Source: Patescibacteria group bacterium | Lineage (GTDB): Bacteria > Patescibacteriota > Patescibacteriia > 2-02-FULL-49-11 | DNA: 64,000 nt | Direction: 5' to 3' | NCBI GenBank assembly: GCA_041645165.1 | Contig: JBAZQN010000009.1 | Span: 4,674-68,673, forward strand | Shown here: positions 58,986 to 64,000 of the stretch, piece after piece | How positions within the stretch are numbered: the stretch's first letter is position 1 | Layout: every line of letters begins with the position of its first letter | Translations under genes and position numbers: made by a program | The notes under the pieces: generated by a model | What the model saw: only the letters and a program-made list of their open reading frames with translations | Database searches by the model: none | What the model was told of the DNA's origin: nothing

Positions 58986-59768
58986 ATGAAAGGCATTATT
59001 ACTGCAGGCGGGACAGGGTCGAGGCTTTATCCCCTGACGAAAGTGACAAATAAACATTTGCTGCCGGTCTATGACAGGCCGATGATTTATTTCCCCTTAT
59101 GCGCTCTGGTGCAGGCGGGGGTAGATGATATTCTTATCGTGTCAGGGACTGCGCATGTCGGTGATATTTCAGAGCTCCTTTCGGACGGAAGCGCATTTTT
59201 GGATGATATCCGGAGGCTTGACGGGCCTGATAAGTTCTCTGATGTTAAGTTAAAGCTCTCTTACGCGGTGCAAAAAGAAGCGGGCGGCATTGCCCAGGCA
59301 TTATCGCTTGCCGAGGATTTTTCTGATCATGAGCTGATTACTGTGATTTTAGGGGATAATATTATAATAGACGATCTTTCCGCGGGAATAGCTGCTTTTT
59401 CACGGCAGAAAAAAGGCGCTAAAATTTATTTAAAGGAGGTAGCGCATCCAGAACAATATGGCATTGCGGTGATTGAACAGGAGCGCATCGTCAAGATTGT
59501 AGAAAAACCAAAAATGCCGACCTCAAATCTCGCGGTGATCGGCGTATACCTCTATGATGCGCAAGTGTGGGACATCCTGAAAACACTAAAGCCCTCTGGG
59601 CGCGGAGAGCTGGAAATTACGGATGTCAATAATGCTTATATTGAGCGGGGCGAAATGGCGTATGAGATATTGCACGGATGGTGGGGGGATGGGGGTGAAT
59701 CCTTTGATTCGCTTCTTGAAGCAGCACAGCTTATTGCGTCGTCGCGTAATTCACCCCGGCACCATTAA
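58986..59768 (+). CDS. rfbA: Glucose-1-phosphate thymidylyltransferase (short RmlA/SpsI form)
   Basis: AGGTGSRLYPLT...NKHLLPVYD.PMI, LGDN, EKP, RGELEITDVN. Confidence 0.9.
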   Translation: MKGIITAGGTGSRLYPLTKVTNKHLLPVYDRPMIYFPLCALVQAGVDDILIVSGTAHVGDISELLSDGSAFLDDIRRLDGPDKFSDVKLKLSYAVQKEAGGIAQALSLAEDFSDHELITVILGDNIIIDDLSAGIAAFSRQKKGAKIYLKEVAHPEQYGIAVIEQERIVKIVEKPKMPTSNLAVIGVYLYDAQVWDILKTLKPSGRGELEITDVNNAYIERGEMAYEILHGWWGDGGESFDSLLEAAQLIASSRNSPRHH

Positions 59769-59773
59769 TTTTA

Positions 59774-59886
59774 ACGCTTCGGGAACTGACAATTTTATTC
59801 GGCGTCGCGATCAAGCAGCTTGATGCGCCTTTCCGCCGAAAAAATTGCAGTTCCCTTGCTGTTTATATGTAGTCAGTGAGCACTCA
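59774..59886. mobile_element. Family A element, copy 3 (left end eroded)
   Basis: Core 80/86 identical to 3545-3630; right end cagtgagcac. Confidence 0.85.
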
Positions 59887-59909
59887 ATTTAGGCGTTTCG
59901 TTAGCCAGT

Positions 59910-61244
59910 TTAGGGTAAATCGTATTTGAAAATTTTATTTTGCGAAGCAAGATAAAGTGTATCTGAAGAAAAGCCAAGAATGTCGGATTCAGGGAGGGGA
60001 AAGGGAGTGTGGGGATATGCGTCTATTTCAGGATTTATAGAAATAAATGAGAGGTGAGTGGGGGTGGTATATGCGACATAGCCGATTTCAGGGATAAAAA
60101 GCACGGACCGCAAGGTATCTGATATTCGCGTCAAGAGAATGGCACGCTGGGCATTCTTTTTTTTGTCGTAGAGGTAAAGAGATATTTCATGATCATTGGA
60201 AAGGATGAGGCTTTCGCTATTTTGCGACCATGCCGCGCGTGTGATGAATGAAAATTCAAGTGGGGGGAGGCTTGTGTCCGTGAGATCAATGAGCACTACA
60301 CGGGAATTGCGATTATCGAAAAGAGTGAGCGTATTTGTGGGCGAGTGGTTAATAAATTGGGTCTCTGTGGACAACGCGAGGTTTGAGAGGGTGCGGTACA
60401 CATTAGGATCATCGTTGTCGCGGAGTCGGAGCGCCACACTGCCCGTGGGATCTGTTTCGAGCGTATAAAGTCCATTTTGCATAGGCAATATATCTATGAT
60501 ATTTAGTTTGGCATTTAAATATTGGCTTCCTAAATTCAAGACACGGCTTACGGATGCAGAATCCCACACCCAAGCATCGCGGTCATTCAGATGAGCGACA
60601 TGAGTTGCGGTGCGCTTTAATGGGAAACTCTTAATATTATCCTTACCTATCAATGAAGAGGTAACTATAGTTAACACGGTTTGACGAGATTGTGTGAGCA
60701 TCACAAAAGAATTTCCCGTAAGATCTTCTGCGGTGGCGATAAGAGCACCTTTTGTGTCTAGAAATACGCACGTTTCATTATTTGCATTAAAGAGTATAAA
60801 AGGATCAGTTGATGAGGAAGAGAGCAATGTCCACGGGGATGAAGGATTATGAAAGAGAACGGAATGATATGTGCAAGAGGAGGGTAATGCGATAGGGGAA
60901 GCAAGTGAAAATAGGCGGACCGATGAATATAATTTATTTTCCCAAGGTTCTACTGCGGCAGTGGTTTCCCATGACGTATAACCTTGTTTCTCGATTTTAA
61001 TATGGTAGGTCGTGGGGGAGAGTTGGGTGATTCGAAAAGGTGTAAGGTTATTTTGTACAATGCCGTTTATGGTTACTGTGGCGCCTTTTGGTTTGGTTGA
61101 GATAGTAATGGCGCCTGTACCTTGAATGGTGCCGCGTTTGCGATTATAGCGATATCCAGAAGCATACAGGATGATGAGGGGGGCGGTAATTAAAAAAGCA
61201 AGGATGAATAATCCAGCGATAATCCGGCGGGTATTCCGTGTCAT
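59910..61244 (-). CDS. PEGA-domain membrane-anchored protein
   Basis: TM then YASGYR....TG.I.I.T.P.GA.V.ING......TP..I..L....Y.I.I.K.GY..W. Confidence 0.88.
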   Translation of the reverse strand: MTRNTRRIIAGLFILAFLITAPLIILYASGYRYNRKRGTIQGTGAITISTKPKGATVTINGIVQNNLTPFRITQLSPTTYHIKIEKQGYTSWETTAAVEPWENKLYSSVRLFSLASPIALPSSCTYHSVLFHNPSSPWTLLSSSSTDPFILFNANNETCVFLDTKGALIATAEDLTGNSFVMLTQSRQTVLTIVTSSLIGKDNIKSFPLKRTATHVAHLNDRDAWVWDSASVSRVLNLGSQYLNAKLNIIDILPMQNGLYTLETDPTGSVALRLRDNDDPNVYRTLSNLALSTETQFINHSPTNTLTLFDNRNSRVVLIDLTDTSLPPLEFSFITRAAWSQNSESLILSNDHEISLYLYDKKKNAQRAILLTRISDTLRSVLFIPEIGYVAYTTPTHLSFISINPEIDAYPHTPFPLPESDILGFSSDTLYLASQNKIFKYDLP

Positions 61245-61292
61245 ATAGCCGCATTATAACATTTATCGTTACTCTCAGCTATATGATAATTG

Positions 61293-61399
61293 GTACGCGC
61301 TCACTGGCCATGACACCCCCACCAAGCCTCCCTTGTGAGGGGGAGAATAACGAGAGGGGGTTTCATTCGTGAATACATATCCCCTCAGTGAGCGCGTAC
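61293..61399. mobile_element. 107-nt MITE with family-A-like TIRs and different cargo
   Basis: Perfect 14-bp TIR gtacgcgctcactg / cagtgagcgcgtac; flanks gataattg / ggtaattg (7/8). Confidence 0.85.
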
Positions 61400-61466
61400 G
61401 GTAATTGGCATAGGACATAATAATTGGTACAATATAATTGTAAAGGATTTATAAAATAAGGTATCC

Positions 61467-62372
61467 ATGAATTCATATTGTATCGTATCAGGCTCATCGC
61501 ATAAGGCATTTGCTTCTGCTCTTTCTCGGCTACTGCGGGCGCCACTATTGACTGCCGATATACATCCCTATAGCGATAGCGAGACTTATGTGAGGATTAC
61601 TGCATCATCTCAGCAAGTCTATCGTAAACATGCCGTAGTAGTGCAATCGGGGTGCCGTCCTGCATGTGACCATATGGTAGAACTGTTCCTGCTTATTGAC
61701 GCCCTCACGCGCATGCATCCGCGCAGCATCACCGCCGTAATCCCATTTCTTCCCTTTAGGCGTCAAGAGCACGTCAATGTGAGAGGCGAAGGAGTAGGAG
61801 GCGAGTTGTTTGCTAATATATTGAGGGAAGCGGGAGTTACACGGGTGCTCACCAGCGATTTACATCATGAGTCATTCAAACGCTTTTATACAGGCTTGGT
61901 GGAGATAAGCGCGCTTCCTCTCTTTATTGCATATTTTCAAAAGATACGCTCTCATGCGGTTATAGTGTCGCCAGACGAAGGAGGGCAGGTAAGAGCGCGG
62001 CGTCTTGCGGATGCGCTCCATCTGCCTATGTTTTATATTCCAAAGGAGCGTCCGCAACATGACAAGGTTAGGATGCGCAGGTTCGTTTGCAAGGATTCAT
62101 ATCAAACTGCGATTATTATTGATGACGAAATAAACACCGCAGGCACTATCAGTACCAGTGTTGACGTGCTTTGGCAATGTGGCATACACGATATCAGGGT
62201 TGCTGCCACCCATCCGGTGCTGAGCGGTCTAGCCACAGAACGTTTGAAAGATCCAAAGATTAAAGAAGTAGTGTTTGCGGACACCATCCCCATTCCTGCG
62301 CAACTAAAGCTAAAAAAGTACACAGTTCTGAAACTGGAACCTCTTTTTGCTGATATTCTGGAGAAATTATAG
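61467..62372 (+). CDS. prs: Ribose-phosphate pyrophosphokinase
   Basis: D.E..V.I, DLH, VSPD.GG..RA, IIIDDEINTAGT, ATHPVLSG. Confidence 0.92.
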   Translation: MNSYCIVSGSSHKAFASALSRLLRAPLLTADIHPYSDSETYVRITASSQQVYRKHAVVVQSGCRPACDHMVELFLLIDALTRMHPRSITAVIPFLPFRRQEHVNVRGEGVGGELFANILREAGVTRVLTSDLHHESFKRFYTGLVEISALPLFIAYFQKIRSHAVIVSPDEGGQVRARRLADALHLPMFYIPKERPQHDKVRMRRFVCKDSYQTAIIIDDEINTAGTISTSVDVLWQCGIHDIRVAATHPVLSGLATERLKDPKIKEVVFADTIPIPAQLKLKKYTVLKLEPLFADILEKL

Positions 62373-62389
62373 AACGTAATTTATCCGAA

Positions 62390-62542
62390 GTAACTACTCA
62401 TCTTTTCCAGACCAATTACCTTCCTTCTGTTCATACGCTCGGGAACGCACGATTTTTTCGGGCAGACGACCACACCGCCGGTGACGCCTAGCCCTTAAAA
62501 ATCGGCATTCCCCTCGCTTCATCAAACACGCTGAGTAGTTAC
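62390..62542. mobile_element. Family A element, copy 4 (153 nt)
   Basis: Perfect 11-bp TIR gtaactactca / tgagtagttac; diverged but pairing-preserving core; no target duplication visible. Confidence 0.82.
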
Positions 62543-62574
62543 CCTACACTACATAGTCATAAAGCAATTCTTCA

Positions 62575-62583
62575 TGTTATAAT
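62575..62583 (+). promoter_or_regulatory. Extended -10 promoter (TGtTATAAT) 6 nt before the ctpA ATG
   Basis: catgTTATAATtcaatcATG with no SD; similar architecture at 27200, 38528, 56834 and 61253(-). Confidence 0.6.
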
Positions 62584-62589
62584 TCAATC

Positions 62590-63882
62590 ATGGCAGAAAG
62601 CACTTCAAGCATAGGGACAGGGAAGAATAGAAGTTGGGTAAAACAAGCTTTGCTCACCTTGCTTTATATTGGGGCGATTTTTGGCGCATATGTGGGAGGC
62701 TTTAGTTTGGGACGTGAAGAAGGGCTTAAAGGCGGCATTCAGACAGGAGGAGAAGGAGGTAAGGTTACCAATAAGGACGCGGGGTCAAGCGCGTCATTGT
62801 TGCAAAATGCCGATTTTAACCTATATTGGGATGTTTGGAAATGGATTCAAGGGAATTTTATTGATAAACCCATAGATGAAAAGAAATTATTTTATGGCTC
62901 TCTCGCAGGCATGGTTGCATCACTGGACGATCCTTATTCTGCATTTATGGAACCAAAACAAGCTCAAGAATTTTCAGAAGAATTGCAGGGGAAATTTCAA
63001 GGAATAGGCGCCGAAATCGGTATTCGCGATAAAAAGTTAACCGTGGTGGCTCCATTGCCCGAAACGCCCGCGGAACTAGAGGGATTGAAAAGCGGGGATT
63101 GGATAATCGAAATTGACGGGACCGACACGACAGGAATGATGCTTGACGATGCCGTTAATCGCATACGCGGAGAAAAAGGCACGCAAGTTAAACTTTTAAT
63201 CATGCGTGAAGATTTCAAAGAGCCGAAAACATTCGTGATCACACGCGACAATATTAAAATTGTGAGCGTGCGTTCAGAGGTAAAAGAAGGCGGAATCGGT
63301 TACGTGCAAATTTCTAATTTTAATGCAGATACGGGAGAACGATTTAGAAATGCCGCAGAATCAATGCTTGTGCAAAATGTAAAAGGGTTAGTGCTTGACC
63401 TTCGCAATGATCCTGGAGGCTATCTTTCCATGGCGGTAGAAATTGCGAGTTACTGGGTGGATGTGGAGAGCCCCGTGGTACTCGAGCGTTCAGGCGATAC
63501 GCTCGTGGAAGAATACCGCGCAATAAAAAATCAAGCACTCAAGGGTATACCGACAGTTGTTTTGATAAACCGCGGATCAGCATCTGCTTCAGAGATTGTT
63601 GCGGGCGCGTTGCAGGATTATGCATTAGCCACCCTCATAGGCCAGCAATCGTTTGGCAAGGGTTCCATCCAGGAGATGCATGACTTCTCCGATGGATCTG
63701 CAGTGAAGCTCACCATTGCGCGATGGTTTACGCCTAAAAACAGGCAGATAGATAAGGAAGGCATTGCGCCAGATGTCGAAGTTGATATAAAGGAAGAGGA
63801 CATAACTGCAGGCAAGGATCCGCAGTTAGAGAAGGCATTAGAGATTCTTAAATCCCAAGCTCAAAGTTCAAATGCCAAATGA
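62590..63882 (+). CDS. ctpA: S41 family C-terminal processing peptidase
   Basis: DPYS, GIGAEI (PDZ), DLRNDPGG, SASASEI, GKGSIQ. Confidence 0.95.
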   Translation: MAESTSSIGTGKNRSWVKQALLTLLYIGAIFGAYVGGFSLGREEGLKGGIQTGGEGGKVTNKDAGSSASLLQNADFNLYWDVWKWIQGNFIDKPIDEKKLFYGSLAGMVASLDDPYSAFMEPKQAQEFSEELQGKFQGIGAEIGIRDKKLTVVAPLPETPAELEGLKSGDWIIEIDGTDTTGMMLDDAVNRIRGEKGTQVKLLIMREDFKEPKTFVITRDNIKIVSVRSEVKEGGIGYVQISNFNADTGERFRNAAESMLVQNVKGLVLDLRNDPGGYLSMAVEIASYWVDVESPVVLERSGDTLVEEYRAIKNQALKGIPTVVLINRGSASASEIVAGALQDYALATLIGQQSFGKGSIQEMHDFSDGSAVKLTIARWFTPKNRQIDKEGIAPDVEVDIKEEDITAGKDPQLEKALEILKSQAQSSNAK

Positions 63883-64000
63883 ATAGCCAATCAGTGAACA
63901 ATGACTGAATCGAGTTTCAAATTTTCAATGCTCAATTTTGCAATTTTTAATTAATGATAGAATGCTACAATTTTCAAATTTTGCATCATTGAAAATTATT

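Noticed and set aside
1-64000. Alternative genetic code (UGA read as Gly)
   Set aside because: Conserved genes are intact under code 11 and several end at TGA (infA, pduL, ackA, mrdA)

Overview
Chromosomal window from a bacterium that looks like a Candidate Phyla Radiation (Patescibacteria) member using genetic code 11. This is inferred from the short AlaRS, RpoA without a recognisable alpha-CTD, short L13, two mreB genes, PduL+AckA, DUF4012-like, PaaX-like and baseplate-J-like genes, and several pilins. Nearly all genes are on the + strand. Core genes: a sigma70 C-terminus, dnaX, tRNA-Gln(CUG), gyrB, alaS, the infA-rpmJ-rpsM-rpsK-rpsD-rpoA-rplQ-rplM-rpsI cluster, a glycosyltransferase/O-antigen ligase cluster, mreB-holB-frr-rseP-proS-mreBCD-mrdA, rfbA, prs and ctpA. 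The most striking signal is non-genic: a layered set of small palindromic elements with no transposase in the window. (i) A ~153-nt element with GTAA-type terminal inverted repeats and a covarying internal hairpin occurs four times, once as an in-frame 56-codon insertion with a direct repeat inside dnaX. (ii) 30-nt double-hairpin units that conserve geometry but not sequence sit inside 7-nt tandem arrays. (iii) Several such repeats are translated in frame inside essential and glycosyltransferase genes. Also notable: a mosaic four-copy array of Cys-rich type IV pilins with a C-terminal DxDxDG-type loop, a PaaX/Cas2-fold gene bracketed by a 28-bp palindromic direct repeat, an E. coli-like A_AAA_AAG-codon-stop signal in dnaX, and apparent leaderless promoter architecture. 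All family assignments come from motif recognition by eye; no database search or folding calculation was run.
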